Shown one piece after another: positions 26,620 through 41,817 of a DNA stretch of 64,000 nucleotides; within the stretch, counting starts at the first letter, position 1; each line of letters begins with the position of its first letter. The stretch spans positions 206,336,001-206,400,000 of the forward strand of contig OX597814.1 of the NCBI GenBank assembly GCA_951406725.2, written 5' to 3'. The position numbers and the translations under genes are program-made. Under the pieces are notes generated by a model. That model had not been told where the DNA came from and did no database searches. It saw nothing but the letters and a program-made list of their open reading frames with translations. Source of the DNA: Octopus vulgaris. Its lineage: Eukaryota.

Positions 26620-28440
26620 TCGAGAAATTAATTTTTTGTAACTAAACACTTTCAAACTTAAGATTAAACTCAAAGAGTGACTGTATTATCACTGATAGAA
26701 TACAGTGTCTCAAAGGCATCTTCCAAGGGAACAGCCTTCTGTGATCTTTATATTTCCTGTAAACCCCATGTCATTCATGTTAAAGAAGTCTGTAGGATAT
26801 CTCACTGGTTCACAGGGAAACAAAAGTATCAGAATTACACACTGTTTCTTTGTGACTGACCTAAAACGTTATGCAAAGAATATGCATGAGATGAAAAAGA
26901 GCCTTGAGCTAGTTACGACATCCTCAAAGGATGTAGGGTTAGATTTTGGTCAGGATAAATGTTGTTATATAGTTGTGAAAAGGAGGAATGCTATAAACTA
27001 GACTAGTAGCATCTCCGTCAATAATTTGAATGTTTCCCCTGTATCTGGTATCTAGGGGTGGATGAAAATATATCTTACAATGGCACCTGTAACAAAACAC
27101 GTGTCACTGAAGAATATTACAGCCGAATTAAGAAAATTTGGACCTCACATCTATCTGCATTCAATAAAACACAATGTGTTTGCAGTGTCAGTACCCGTAC
27201 CAATATTTGAGATGCTTGATTGGACGTTTGATGAGATCCTAGCAATTTGTGTGAAAACCCGAAAAATATGAACAACAAAACATAATTTCCACATAAACAG
27301 TGACGTAGGTAGCCTCTACCTGAAACGAAAACAAGTGGCAGAGGTTTAACATCGATCCAAAATGCCTTTGGATGTCACATCATATCCTTTCGGCAACATC
27401 TTTTAACCGTCAAGTGTCGAAATGCATCCCTTGACCAAGTTTGCATACATGAGGCTGATAACATCATAAGACTTGAGCAGCATTCCTTGTCTGAGAACCT
27501 AAAGTACATACTCACACGACTCTACCGCAGCGTCTCATCAGATGAAAGGATGAGCCTATGTAAGCAGAAGACCATGCATGGATATGATAGTAGAAAGCTT
27601 TGTGATGATAGTAGCATCGATCATCAAAGCAGTTTATCATGGATCAATAGCCGGATTACTACCTCGCACTTTGAAGGATATGCATTTGTTATCGAGGAAC
27701 AGGAAATATCAACCAAGTACCTGGTGAACAAAAGGGATGGAGATACAGAAAAAGCATTCAAATGTGGCAAACGATGCAGACTTTGTGGAGTTCACACTGA
27801 AGATATCACCCACATCATAAGCAGTTGTCCGAAAATGTCATCACGGTATTATCTACCGATGAGACATGATGTTGTAACTAGGACACTCTATAATGAAATC
27901 CGTGGTAAGCATAATCCCAAGAAGAAAGAAAAAAGAATCCACAATATGGTAGATGCCATAGCCACTCATAATAAAAAGGAATACCGGTGGAATGTCCCAG
28001 TGAAGACCTCAGTAAAATATAGGAACAACAGACCTGATATAATGATTTGGGATAGAGAAGAGAAACTGTGCACAGTTGTGGAAATTAGCTGCCCAGCGGA
28101 TGTTAACATAAAGCGGTAGATCAGTGAAAGAGAGAACACCTCTGCTGAACTATTGAGAAATCTGCAGTTACTCTATCCAGATTACAAGTTCAGGTTCATA
28201 CCTGTAATTATTGGGGCACAGGGATATGTAACACACTGCCTAAATACCAATTTTGAGAAATTAGGCTTCTCAAAACCAGAAAGGAGAAAGCTAATTCGAA
28301 GATTACAGATCCAATCCATCACTGGAACTGTAAAAATCTGGAAAACTTTCCAGAAGTTTATCATTTAAATATATATGAGTATGTCTAGATATGTAACTAT
28401 ATGCATGAGAATACATAAAAACATACAAAAATACAGATCT
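26620..28440 (+). mobile_element. Second RLE (R4-like) non-LTR family, degenerate 3' half, followed by (TACA)n
   Basis: FVTDLK (degenerate YxDD), CRLC..HIISSC, RPDIMIWD..VEISCP. Other copies at ~18305-18960, ~42005-42631 and ~44811-46125. Confidence 0.85.
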
Positions 28441-29100
28441 TCACACACAACATTCATACATACGTACATACATAAATAAATACATACATACATGCACACA
28501 TACATACCTACATAAATAAATACATACATGCATGCATACATACATACATACATACATACATACATACATACATACATACATACATACATGCATACATACA
28601 TACATACATACATTCATACAGACAGACAGACAGACAGACTGGCTTGAAGTGACGCGTCGCGTATTTAGTATGGAAGACTATTTATGGAAGATACGATGAA
28701 TACTATCTCCATCTTTGAAGCCCTGTTAAATAACTGGTTAATCTCCAGAAGAATTAACTGAAGGAGCCTTTTATTAAAGATTGTATTGATTTTCGACTGA
28801 AACTTGAATTTAGCATGCAGAGATTTACTACAAACAACATGGCTGGACACAACATCAACAACAACACAACCAAGGAACAGAACAAAAACAACAGCTCAAC
28901 AGATAAACAGATTCTTTCTAGCTGTAGTTAGAGAAGAATCCCTAACCACAAAACTCATCTTTTTTCTTGGATTTATGAATTGAGGACAGATTTATTAATT
29001 GTTATAGAAGAGCTAAACAAAACCCCGTCGTTGGATGTTTGGTCAGATTGGAACCATACATGGACGATCCGCATCCACAACTAAATTATTTTACTGCGAG

Positions 29101-29400
29101 ACAATTACGCCAACAAGCAACATTTGTGGGACGTAGGAAGAAAGTTTGTAGCCGAACGGAACAAAACCTTGAAATATCGGGAACTGAGATTGAACTGTCT
29201 CTTCCAACTTATGGCGTTTGAGATGTTTGAAGGAAGTGAACCGCTAACAACGAAGTTCTTGTCATCGTTGGCAGCTCGCTTAACCGAGGCGTCGGGTGAT
29301 GCCTGTGATGGCGTTTGGCTTTTCCGACGCCTTAGCCTCGCCTTCGATCCTGATAATGCAGTGAAGTGTTGACTCGCTTCAGTAGGTTCCGTTGGGCTTT
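29101..29400 (+). mobile_element. CRE-like non-LTR retrotransposon 3' fragment
   Basis: KYREL..FQLMAFEMF..FLSSLAARLTEASGD..WLFRRLSLA..NA resembles CRE-clade C-termini. Absent from the paralogous 46890 site. Confidence 0.65.
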
Positions 29401-31040
29401 GTGGCGTTTGACCAACAGAAGAAATTGGAGCTGCATTGATGTTTTCTTTCTCTTTCTTTTTCTTCCCTTTATAGTTCTTCTTTTCTTTGTCTTTCTTTTG
29501 TAAAAAAATTAAATATTATAGAATAATCAGGACTACGACGTTGGAACCCCTATGTGGTTTCGCAGTTAATAACATTACAACAAATACTATACAGCCTACC
29601 AGCTAAACTACGTCACAAGCTAAAATAACTAACCATTGACCCTCTACTATGACCATGGTAAATAGCAGGCACAACCGCAACGATTATTATAGAAGTTGTA
29701 ATAGTAGTGATAGTAGTCAGGGGAGGAGTTATGAACATCACAGAAACTTTTTCACGAGAAGACAGAGACTTCTTCTGGATGAAAAGGTGTTAAACACCAA
29801 AAATAACAATAACAAACCAGGAAGGAAAGGAAACAGCATTTAAAGGGTTTCCAACCCCAGAGAGAAAAAGAAAACCCGATTGATTCATGGTTTATCCTCA
29901 GACAGACACCTCGTCTCACAGTAAACTCCTCCAAAGAAAACAAAATACTAAAAACAACAGCCACATATCTCTCAAATCCTTCCTTCAATTCTTAGAAAGG
30001 AAATACATTGGTGGACAATGCATATGAATAGAGAGGGTGGTGGTCAAGGTTAGAATGTCTTGTATCATAGATCTACTCCCGCAACACTGACATGTTGCTA
30101 AACCAAGAAAATAATAATTCTCTTACCTTTTGCGAGTCTCTCGATTTCAATGATATACGTACAACAAATACTGGGAAACAAAAAGTAAGCCAATTCCTTA
30201 AAAGCATCAATAATATTTCTCAACCAACAAAACAACCTTCCTCTGAGCTTTCCTGATCAAAACAGAACCCAAGTGGTGGTAGACAGACTGTATTATCAGA
30301 ACTATGCCTGAATAGGTGTAAACTATTTCCTGTGCATGTGAAATATATAAATATATGCGTAAAATTGTAAATCTATATCTGTAAAGAATACATTAACATC
30401 ATTCCTGCGGATAACCCATTTATATATATATATATATATATATAGTTATTTATTTATTTATATCCAAATTCACCTCAGCAACTTTAGTCCCACCAAGAAA
30501 AGTTAATTAAGTAGATTTACTACTTTTAGTAAAGTGGGTTTTCCAAAAATTTATATTTATCACAAGAAAACTAAACAAACATGCCTTTAACGACATTTCT
30601 CTTGACAGTCATATCCAATTTGATCATCAGATGCCAAAATGAAAGACGAAGAAGAAGCATGAAATTCTATGAGAGAAACGAGCTCAGAGTGAAATTTGGT
30701 AAAAAATGGAGAAATGTGTAAAAAAGAGACCAGCTGATTGGTCTGTACCTCCATTAGCTGTTTCAAGAATTCTGAAAAGAATTGAAAAATCCTGGAAATT
30801 ACTTAAGCCGTGATCGCTCGGGAATACCACAAGTAACAACACCTCAAACTGGTCATTTTATCTACCACTGTACAAGAGCAAATCCTTTCTCTTCTGCAAG
30901 TGAGAGACAAGCCCAGTTACCAGAAAATAATAACAAAAAACAACACCAAGATTATCAACAATTGAGGACCGTTTAGTAAAAAGTTTAAAGCTCAGAACCA
31001 ACCAGCAAAAACAAAAAGAAACATTTTAAACAGATAATAA

Positions 31041-31206
31041 GCGCAGGAGTGGCTGTGTGGTAAGTAGCTTGCTTACCAACCACATGGTTCCGGGTTCAGT
31101 CCCACTGCGTGGCATCTTGGTCAAGTGTCTCCTACTATAGCCTCAGGCCGACCAAAGCCTTGTGAGTGGATTTGGTAGACGGAAACTTAAAGAAGTCGTA
31201 TATATG

Positions 31207-31237
<31 letters not shown>

Positions 31238-31490
31238 TTGTGTGTCTGTGTGTGTATGTGTGTGTGTGTGTGTTTGTGTGTTTGTGTGTGTGTGTTTTCC
31301 ACCCAACATCGCTTGACAAACGATGGTGGTGTGTTTGCGTCACTGTAACTCAGCGGTTCAGCAAAAGAGACCGATAGAATAAGTACTAGGCCTAGAAAGA
31401 ATAAGTCCTGTGGTCGATTTGCTCGACTAAAGGCGATGCTCCAGCATGGCCGCAGTCAAATGACTGAAACAATAAAAGAGTATAGAGTAA
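31041..31490 (+). mobile_element. tRNA-derived SINE, full length
   Basis: Pol III A/B-box-like head, internal (TA)(TG)n, conserved tail. Near copy at 55674. Confidence 0.85.
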
Positions 31491-32360
31491 AGAGAGTAAC
31501 CAAGAAAACTATTCAAAATCGAATTAAATTTCGGGTAAGTATTTCTCTTGCAGTTGTCTGGCTAAGAAAATAGCATCAGTAATGCTTCTCCCCGTGGCAA
31601 AGCTAATCTGGATTTTGTCCAGTCTAATTCTGTTCCTAACCGTAACCCTAACCAATTCAATGGATCACACTAATGTTTACTGATGAAATATTAATTCCTA
31701 AATACCAAAGCTATTAACCTCAGGTAAGAAGAGCAAAAGGTGAGCAGCTGAATGTAAAGTATACAGGTTTTAAATGGGACATTGGTTCCATCATCGACAT
31801 TCCAATGACGGAGCTTTGTATGTTTGTTAGAAAACAGCCTCTTCTTCAGGAGAATGTCAAGTATTAAAACCAGGAGAGAAACATACATACATACATACAT
31901 ACATACATACATACATACATACATACATACATACATACATACACACACACATACAAGCATGCACACATACACACATAGATACATATATGCATACATACAA
32001 ACACATACATGCTTGTGTACATACATACACACACATACATGCATGCATACACACATACATAGATGCAGGAATGTTCCTTTAGGGATAGAATCACATAGAT
32101 AGAGCGAGAGTAGGGAGAGAGAGAAATATAGAGCGACAGAGGTAGAGGCATTGAAAGGACAACGGAGAGAGAGAGAGTCATTATCACGGAGAGATATATA
32201 CACAGTGATAGAGGGAGAGAGATTAGATGTAGAGACATAAACACAGACAGACAGACGAACGGACGGGGGGACAGACAGACAGACAGTAAGACAGACAGAC
32301 AGACAGACGGACGGACGGACGGACGGACGGACGGACAGATAGATAGATAGTTGATGGATG

Positions 32361-32449
<89 letters not shown>

Positions 32450-34104
32450 TTATATAGACATAGAGAAAGGGTGAAAGATTGAGGGGCAATGAGAGAAAGG
32501 ATGAGAATGACGGTTGATGGGAGACATATACATGGCTATGGTACATTTAACACACAGCTCCTTGTTAATAGGGAAACTGTAAGGAATCTCTATGGGGAAA
32601 CTGAACCCATGTCTCTCCATAACTGAAACAGGAAAAGTAAGGCAACAGCATTTATAGGGGTTCCAACCCCAGAGAGAAAAAGAAAACCAGATTGATTCAT
32701 GCTTTATCCTCAGACAGACACCTCGTCTCACTGTAAACTCCTCCAAAGAAAACAAAATACTAAAAATAACAGCCAAATATCTCTCAAATCATTCCTTCAA
32801 TTCTTAGAAAGGAAATACCTTGGTGGATAATGCATGTGAATAGAGAGGGTGGTGGTCAAGGTTAGAATGTCTTGTATCATAGATCTACTCCCGCAACACT
32901 GACATGTTGCTAAACCAAGAAAATAATAATTCTCTTACCTTTTGCGAGTCTCTCGATTTCAATGATATACGTACAACAAATACTGGGAAACAAAAAGTAA
33001 GCTAATTTCTTTAAAGCATCAATAATATTTCTCAACCAACAAAACAACCTTCCTCTGTGCTTTCCTGATCAAAACAGAACCCAAGTGGTGGTAGACAGAC
33101 TGTATTGTCAGAACTATGCTTGAACCGGAGTAAACTATTTCCTGTGCATGTGAAATATACAATCAAAATCTATAAAGCTGAAATGCGAAAAATTTGTTTG
33201 CCTCATTTTGGGATGGGAACGGTTTAAGGGCCGGTAGATGAAGTCAGATTGGCTCCATAATTTACAGAGACATATAAAATGAGGTGATGAAGCAACTGCA
33301 CTAGGTTAGAAACCCTTATCTCAAAAGCTGTGGTTACTAGGGCAACAAAACCCAAACTTTGACAAGTGTTTGTTGTTTCTCTCTTTTGGATATCAGTGTT
33401 TTTCTTCTACCAGTGCAATCAACTTGGTATCAGCATTAAAGCTCTCTCTCTGTCAAAATTGGGAACACATAACCGTCCAGGATTTTCCATATGTATATTA
33501 TACTCTCTCTCTCTCTCCCTTTGCCATTCAAGAAAATAGAGACACAGAGCTTTCAGACGTACCCAGGAATTAAGGCTTTCAACCAAATTTATTCTACTGA
33601 TGAACGTTGTCAGTATTTATGCTGTTGCAAATCTTCTCCAATTCCGTGACTCATACTATTTCTTTGTTTGATTTTTAAGTGAGTTATAATCTTTGGTGGA
33701 TTCTTTTCTGGTGGAGGAGTTTTTAAACATGAAGCAATTTATTAAAAGACATCTCTAAAAATAGACTTTCTGTGTTTCTGATCCTCGCCCCACCAGCTGA
33801 TAGCATACGTTTTATAGTTGTATGGTTTCGCTGATAAAATGTTGCGGACCTTCATTTTGGATACGCGATGAAGTACTAAGTGCAGAGGGGTCATCCTTAT
33901 TGTTATGCAGCATGGTAACAGAGTGTGGAGCCTGTTTGCTGTTGAAGAAATGCTTGTCTAAGAAAATGTCTCCGCCATGATATTTGTGCAGTGTTTACAG
34001 CTTCAGAAATAAGATTACATTCATCATTTTTTTAGAAATGATTTCATCAACTATTCTTTTGCGTTCAACAAATGTTAATAGTTGGTGGAATTGTTTGGCC
34101 GTGA

Positions 34105-34420
34105 GGGCGCGTGGCTTAGTGGTCAGTGTGTTCCACTCAATGATTGTAAGGTCGTAAATTCGATGCCTGGCGGAGTGCTATGTCCTATCCTTGAGCAACA
34201 CACTTTATTTCACGTTCTCGCCATTCCACTCAGCTTGCCAAAAGGAGTAATTCAAAGAGCCAGCCTTGTTGCATTCTGTGTCACACTGAATCTCTCTAGA
34301 AACTACGTGAAAGGTACGCGTGTCTGTGGAGTACTCAGCCACTGGCACGTTAATTTCATGGACAGAATGTTCCATCGATTGGATCAACTGGAACGCTCAC
34401 CATCGTAAACGATACAGTAC
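34105..34420 (+). mobile_element. Second tRNA-derived SINE type
   Basis: TGGCTTAGTGG A-box and degenerate ATTCGATGCC B-box, then TCCTTGAGCAACACACTTTA. Confidence 0.65.
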
Positions 34421-36321
34421 CTCCTATCTCTGTCTCTTTCGCCGTGAAATGATTGAGATCTTGATGAAGCTTACCAAAGTATGATTTCAGACATTTCATA
34501 GAGCTAGCATCGGGATCGTCTTTTGCCAATTGATAAGTTGGCCATTATTCCATTCATGATTGGCACATAAATGGATTTATAAAATTAAAACTAATCACTT
34601 CTATATCTGCAATCAAAAAGATAGCGTTTACTTTCTTTCCCTGTTTTGCGCCATTGTTGCGGTTGGATTCATTATTTTTCTCTTTAGCTGCGTGAAATGT
34701 AGAGTATTGCTGTCAGGGAGATATCTTATGATAGTAGAATAGTATTTTAACTGTTGTTTCTAAATTTCGGTGTCTGGTGAAGCAAATTTTGCTAAACACT
34801 AATTATAATTATGCACGTAATTATAGAAATGTTGTATAAGTTTACCGATAATGGTTCTTTTAACATACCGAACTGCTTTGTAAAATTATTAATTATTAAT
34901 TGATTAATTAATTTTACACTTTATCATGTGTATATATATATGGCCTGATAGCGAGACAGTCACCTCGGCGACGGAAACAGGAGTTCTGAAAATATATTTT
35001 CCAGATATTTCTAATCTATTTACAACATGTAGAGATGCGTTGAATTCAAGATGGGGGCGACAAAAATGCTTGTGGCACCGAGGATATGTATATATTCTTT
35101 TATTCTTTTACATGTTTAAGCCATTTGACTGCGACCATTTTGCAGCACCGTCATGTGGATGTGTGTGGGTAAATGTTTTTCTAAATGTATTTGATAATCT
35201 CAAAATATTTTATGAAAGATCTTGTAAATGTCTAGGGAGAGACATTCTCTTTTAGTGGGTTTTTTTACTTTTAAAATTTATTAACTGTTTAAAATTTATT
35301 TAGAGAATAGAATGTCACAAAGCCTTTGTATTTTGTATGTAACCACTTTCGTTGTTGAACTTCTACAAAACACGTGTTCTGGGGTAATGCGTGTAGAGAA
35401 ACTTGTTTTTAATAATCAGTTTGGTTTAGTTTCAGATTGGGAAGTCTTATAAAGTGCCTTTCATAGCTGGATATTTTCGTCTTTTATTTTGTAAAAAGGG
35501 AATATTTTCTACTTTTCATTCGCACAAATGTTTACATGTTTATTACGTGGACAATTTCTAAAAGATGAATTTTTAATTTACTATTTGAGGACGTTCAGAC
35601 TGTTGGTGAAATTTGTTTCTGTTCCTCCAATGTAATTCTCGTCGAATTGTAGGCAAGTAATGCAGAAGTTGTGACGTTTTTTTTTTTTTTGAAATTCATG
35701 TTTGCATTCATTTGCAATTCCTTTAAATTCTTGATTTTGAGGGTTGTTCATTTTTCAATTCTTTTGACAGACCCAACAATGAGTCTCAACTGTTTGATTA
35801 ATACACACACATACACACGCACCCAAGCCCATGCATACCTATACATAAACACACACAAACTCAAAAATGGATAGAGAATAATAATACAGAGCGCCCAGAG
35901 GCGTGGATTCGGAGAAGAAAGTCAAACAACATTATAGTTGATATCAAAATTAATTCTTTATTCGATTAGAAACAAAATAAACAAAAATCTGGATTAAACC
36001 AGACAGAAAGATAAGATTAAGCAATGAAGAATTGTTTGAGATTATATATTTCAATGGTTTCCAGGGGTTGGGTGGTAACAGGATAGTTGTAACAGGTATT
36101 CCTAGGATAACACGCGTCATCAGTACACATAAACATGCTTTAATGTAAGAAATATTCTTTCATGGTTTCAGGCTTCGACTGCCATTTTTAGCATGTAAGA
36201 AATCCACATGGTAGTTTTCTTGTATGTTTTCATATAATATTATATTTAAATATATGTATGTCTTCTGACTCCTGTTAAGCATGATAGCCACTGGTAAATA
36301 ATTATCTAATAATTTATAAAG

Positions 36322-36353
<32 letters not shown>

Positions 36354-36749
36354 TGTATGTATGTATGTATGTATGTATGTATGTATGTGTGTATGTGTGT
36401 ATGTATTATGTATGTAAGCGTGTATGTGTGTATCTATGTATGTATGTGTGTATTTGTGTATGTATGTAGGTAGGTAGGTAGGTAGGTAGGTAGTTAGGTA
36501 TGTAGGTAGGTAGGTAGGTAATTAGGTAGGTAGGTAGGTAGGTAGGTAGGTAGGTAGGTAGGTAGGTAGGTAGGTATAGGAGGCGGCTGAGTGTGTTTGT
36601 AACTGTGAGAATGCCCAGAACAATTATTATTATTACTACTACTACTATTATGTTACAGAACGTAGTATAGAATTCATAAAACACTTTGAAGGAATTTTGA
36701 TTTTATCGAAGAATATCAAATAACTTGATAAACTTCTGCGTGATGTATT

Positions 36750-38713
36750 TCATTCTTCAAATAAGTTTATTGTCTGGATCATTTTATCTAAAATGGTTAT
36801 TGTTAACCTACGATCTGCATTTATCATAGACAATAATTTAGGTATCATAGACGTCATCAATATCAAAGTAATCTTTGTGGATGCTGATAAGTGCAACTCT
36901 TCTAGACTTATTATATTGTTGCAAGCAAAGAAAAAGGTTACGATTAGAAACAGTTTTACAATGGATTTACCAATCTCATTTCTCAATGGAAAACGCTGGT
37001 TAACAATTCTCTTAAACAAAGTGGTGTTTATGAATTCTTCCCCATATTTTGACTGAACTAAATTTGGACGAAGAATTTTGGTGAGCTTTATGGATTCAAG
37101 CAGAATGAAGTCATATAAACTCTGAAATAACTTAATGGTAAAGTTAAAATCAGATAAACAATTGGGATTCCATAATAAACGAGGCACAGAAATAATTCAC
37201 AGACAGAAAATACAGCAAATAAAATTGTAATGGAAACAAAGAGCCAAAGTGTAATGAATCACCAGAAAATATTTCTCCTGTAGTAATATAACCAAATTTT
37301 CTTTATACGGTTAATCCAAGTATAAATTATTGAATACCAGAAATTTGGGTTTAAAGCAGTAGAAACATTAGCTTCCATTACTGCATAGAGTAGATCATAA
37401 TCCTGTTGTGTAGAAACATCTAAATTGCCATACTTCTGTAATAATCTAATATTTTGAATGAGAAACGTGAAAGTGGATCTTTGATGTAACGTATTATAAG
37501 CGATAGTCTCACTTAAACGACTGGGAAGAACGAAGAGGATAAAGTTGAAAGATACGTAACAGATTAACCATACAAAGGGAGCACCAAAAAAGCCATCAGT
37601 ATTCTCATAACTTTCTGGGATTCCTAATATCAAGGCGCGATGTCCCAATGGTATACCATCTTGGAAAAGTATTGCTATTGTTTCATATAAAAAGAAGTAA
37701 TGCATCAAAAGATCCAGGAAAATTACTGAAAGAGAAAATAGAATACAAAGGAATCTTCTTAGTCTTGAGGCTAAGAGAGTGGAATGGTGAAAGCAAAACA
37801 ACCAAGACAGAAAATGAGAGAATGTGTAAATATTATGTTTTCCATTGATCCACTCGGATTCGTGTGGCAATGTGTTTTTAATTGTAAATAAGAATTCATC
37901 GTGAGCAAACAGTGGCAGATTGAGTTGACGGGAATGTGAAGGTAATTTAGCTTTTGATACAAAACTAATAATTAATGGGGAAAATACCCACAAAACCCCT
38001 CCGAAAATATCTAAATAATTTTAAAAGTTATCATTTTGAATGATTTTTCCTGAACAAATGGATTTGGGGCGATAAAGATTACTTTCATTTTTATAGAGTT
38101 TACAGCAATAGTTCTTTATAATTTCTCTATTTATGCCAATTCTTCTGTAAGTTTCAAATGAGAGAGGGCTGTTCTTCTTCATGTCTTGAGACAAATTTAT
38201 ATAAAAACACATGTATCCAGATTCTCCCATTTGCAATTTATCGATAAATAAAATTCTTTTCAATTCCTTGAAAATCAAATATATTAAATCGTGTCTCTGA
38301 ATATTTTGTTTTCCACAAGTGATATTGATATCAATCCCTTGTTTAGCAACGTAGACGTCCAACATATTAAAAGTGTGCATTGAAAAATCATAGGAGAAAG
38401 TTCTATATAGAGTTAAAGCGCCTGATTTATCTGGAATCCACGTAAAACTCCTCGCATTTGCAAAATAATCCAATGCCACAGGATTAAGAAGTTCATCAAG
38501 TGTCTTGTTTGATAAATGGACTTCAAAATTGAAAACCTCTTTTTCTAATTTCACTAAACGAGATAAAATCTCACCGATATTGGGAGGGATTTTAACTTCA
38601 CAATCATTGCCGAGTTCCTTCGCATCGATGTTTAGTGATATCAGTGTGATAATAAGAATGATTGAAAGAATAAGAGAACTGGTTGCTGTTGTTGTCGTCT
38701 GCACGGCAGCCAT
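36750..38713 (-). pseudogene. Pseudogenised paralog of the 740-aa membrane protein
   Basis: ORF pieces 38021-38713, 37259-37993 and 36750-37187 align collinearly with 3287-5509. In-frame stops at 38021-38023 and 37259-37261, plus a 259-bp frameshifting deletion (equivalent to 4888-5146) with TAT microhomology at 37113-37115. Confidence 0.9.
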
Positions 38714-39989
38714 ATTTGGTTATCTGTAAAAATATGAAAAAATAGAGCATATTAAGTAATGAAGATTCAACTCCGTTTCTTTATTTCATAGACATTTGCA
38801 ATGTTACGAAATAATCATAAGTGTTGTGGTCAATGTATCTGAGAAATCAATGCATTTTTCTGTTGCCGAGTACCTCTTTTATGGTTAAACATATCCCCGT
38901 TTCAAGGTCAATATTTTCTATTCAACGGTTGCAGGAGATTTTCTATTGCATTCGATGCTACCTAGTTCAAGGTATTAAAATTAGCATCATAACTGAATCA
39001 AGTTATATTTGAACTGAAAATACGGAGGTTTTAATGTAGATGGTAAAGATATATGAAATGAGTATGAATTTCATTTCAAACAGATTCAAAATGGAACGCT
39101 AAGAAATGACCATGTATGAGTACGTTTCTAGTAGACCTGAAGATGATAGTAACACAGAGATGAAACGAAACCCCTTTTGGACTCATGACCGATACATCAC
39201 ACTAGGCTTCGAAAGATATGCATTTACAGTCCAAGAACGGGAGATTGCTACTAAATACCTAATCAATAAAAGAGACATTGAAGCCATTGGCGTTCTAAGG
39301 GGCAGCTGAAAATATAGATGAATCATCGTCATCATCATCATCGTAGTCGCTGTCATCATCGTCCTTGTCATCTTCATCATAATCCTCATCATCCTCATCA
39401 TTTCACGTCTGCTTTTCATGCTGGCATGGTTTGGACGATTTGACAGGAGCTGGCTAGGCAAAAGCCTGCACAAGGCTTCAGTGTATGTTTTAGCATGGTT
39501 TTTAGGGCTGGATGCCCTTCCTAACCAACAAGCCGGAAGAGTGTCAGGTTTGGCATGATTTTTACAGCTGGATGCCCTTCGAAAATACCAACCACTTCAC
39601 AGTGTGGATTGGTGGCTCTTTACCTGGCACCAACATTTGCAGGGTCACCAAGTAATTTGCAAGACAAATATTCTTTCAGACGGGGAGGGAGCATTGGAAG
39701 AAGTGATGTTGTGCCAGATGAAGAGAGGTTGGTGTGACAGAAACAGGTGTGCATTCATGCTAAGGTAAGCGTAACAAGTCAGATATTGTTGTCTGGGGCA
39801 GGCAAGAAAAAGAATGTACCGTCGTACAGGTCGGTTGCCCTGCTGATGGGAATATCTCTTTGAAAATCAAAAACAAAGAAGGTAATTATGGACAAATGCA
39901 TTGTAACTTCCAGCTTCTATATCCAGATTACGAATTTGCATTCATTCCAATAATAATCCTTTCTACATTAGGCCTGAAATATTTGCGGG

Positions 39990-41817
39990 AGGAGCACCTC
40001 GATTACATCGAAAGAGATACTTGAATACACAAAAAGCTCAGCCAAGAATTAAGAATTAGTTAGAATGTTTTAGAAAAATGCAAGATGCTGTGCAATAACG
40101 CAGCCCTGTTGAAATGTTTGAGGAAATGCAAACACCAGAAATATATGACTACACAGCGAAAGAAAACGCTCGATATTCTGCGGCCCGGAAGGATTAAAAC
40201 CGAAACCTTTTCTGTAGATGAATGGAAACAGTTCTTGGAGTTCTAATATATTCTAGTTATCTTAGGTTACCCCTCACAAGAAACCACTGGTCAAGTGACG
40301 AAGATCTGGGTGTGCCATTAATCAAAACTGCTATTACAAGAAATCCACTCCAGCATCTTTAAAGCACCATTCACTTCAGAATAACGAAAATTGTGAGGAG
40401 AATAAAGATGATAAATGTTATGCAGTTCGTTTTCTCTTTAATATGGTTCAGAATTCCTTCAAGAGATTCGAAATTTTTGAAAAGAGTCTGTCAGTCGATG
40501 TAATGGTGGTCAACTACTATGGGGGCATAATTCACTCAAACAATTTATAAAAGGGAAACCCATAAGATTTCGTTACAAATTTTGGGCATTGTGCGGTGTT
40601 TCACAATTTTTGTTACAACTTTGATCTGTATTGTGGCAAGAGAATTAAAAAGGACCCGAAGACGATCTTCCACTTGGAAGGAGAGTTTCTTGGAGTGGTA
40701 GATGATCCTTGGTCACAATCCGTATATTTTGATAATATATTCACAAAGTATGATCTGTTAGTGCACCTCGGGCAAATGGGATTTGAAACAACTGCTACGA
40801 GAGATAATTGTCTCAAGAGATGTCCTCTAAAGGAAAGAGCATTGATGAGAAAGGAGCCAAGATGTTCATATGATTATAGATTTGAAATCAATAATGAAAT
40901 CTTTGTAGTTAGTTGGCTTGACACTAAATATTTGAGAATTGGGACTAATCCTGATTCAGTCGAACCCATTTGCAATGTACAACGCTAGAGTAAAGGAAGT
41001 AAAAGCAAGGGCAATGTGACCCGACCCCATGTTTGCGGCTCATATAACAATTGCATGGGTGGAGTTGACAAGCCCGACTTGTTGGTGTCAAAATGTGCAA
41101 CCTCAATTAGACGCATAAAGTGGTGCAGACCATTGTTGGCTAGAGTTATTGATAGGACTGTTGTCAATGCATGGACTATTTACAAACTGATCAACGAGGA
41201 AAGGAGGAAACATAAATATTTACTCGATTTCAGGAGATATCTATGCGTTTCATATCTAAAGCTCTCCACTGCTAAGCAATCTGAACAATAAACAAAGACG
41301 ATCACACCATCCACACCAATTGCTGACGTTCAATTTGATTTGAAAGGCCATATAATAGCTAAACGAGATCAGCAACGACGTTGTCAAAATAAGTCGTACA
41401 ACAGGAAACCACTAAATTATTGTGAAAAGAGCAACGTCACCCTGAGTCTAGACTGTTTTGGCCCATTTCCTTAAGGCATAGTCTTATAAATTGATTTCTT
41501 TCAATCTTTTATATTTTTGCAGTTTTTGTATTTCAGTCTATTATTTCGCTGTATTCTTTCAAAAACTTTAGCCATTTTACATATAAACTTTAATACCAAT
41601 AGAATATATTAACATATAACATATGAGGGATTTTGAATTTATGAATGTATCACATTGAGCCAGGGTCCTCTTTATGGGAAACCCGTCTATTTCCATTTCT
41701 ACTTGAAGTAAAGCAGTTTTTATAATTGATTTTCTTTCATTTTACCCTTTTTTTTCAATAATCTTTGAAAATTTAAAAGTAATATTCAAACATTTCATTA
41801 CTCTGGAATTTAATGGG
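39990..41817 (+). mobile_element. Degenerate piggyBac (duplicated copy)
   Basis: YNNCMGGVDK and VYFDNIFT motifs. Ends GGG|TTAA at 41815-41821. Confidence 0.88.
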
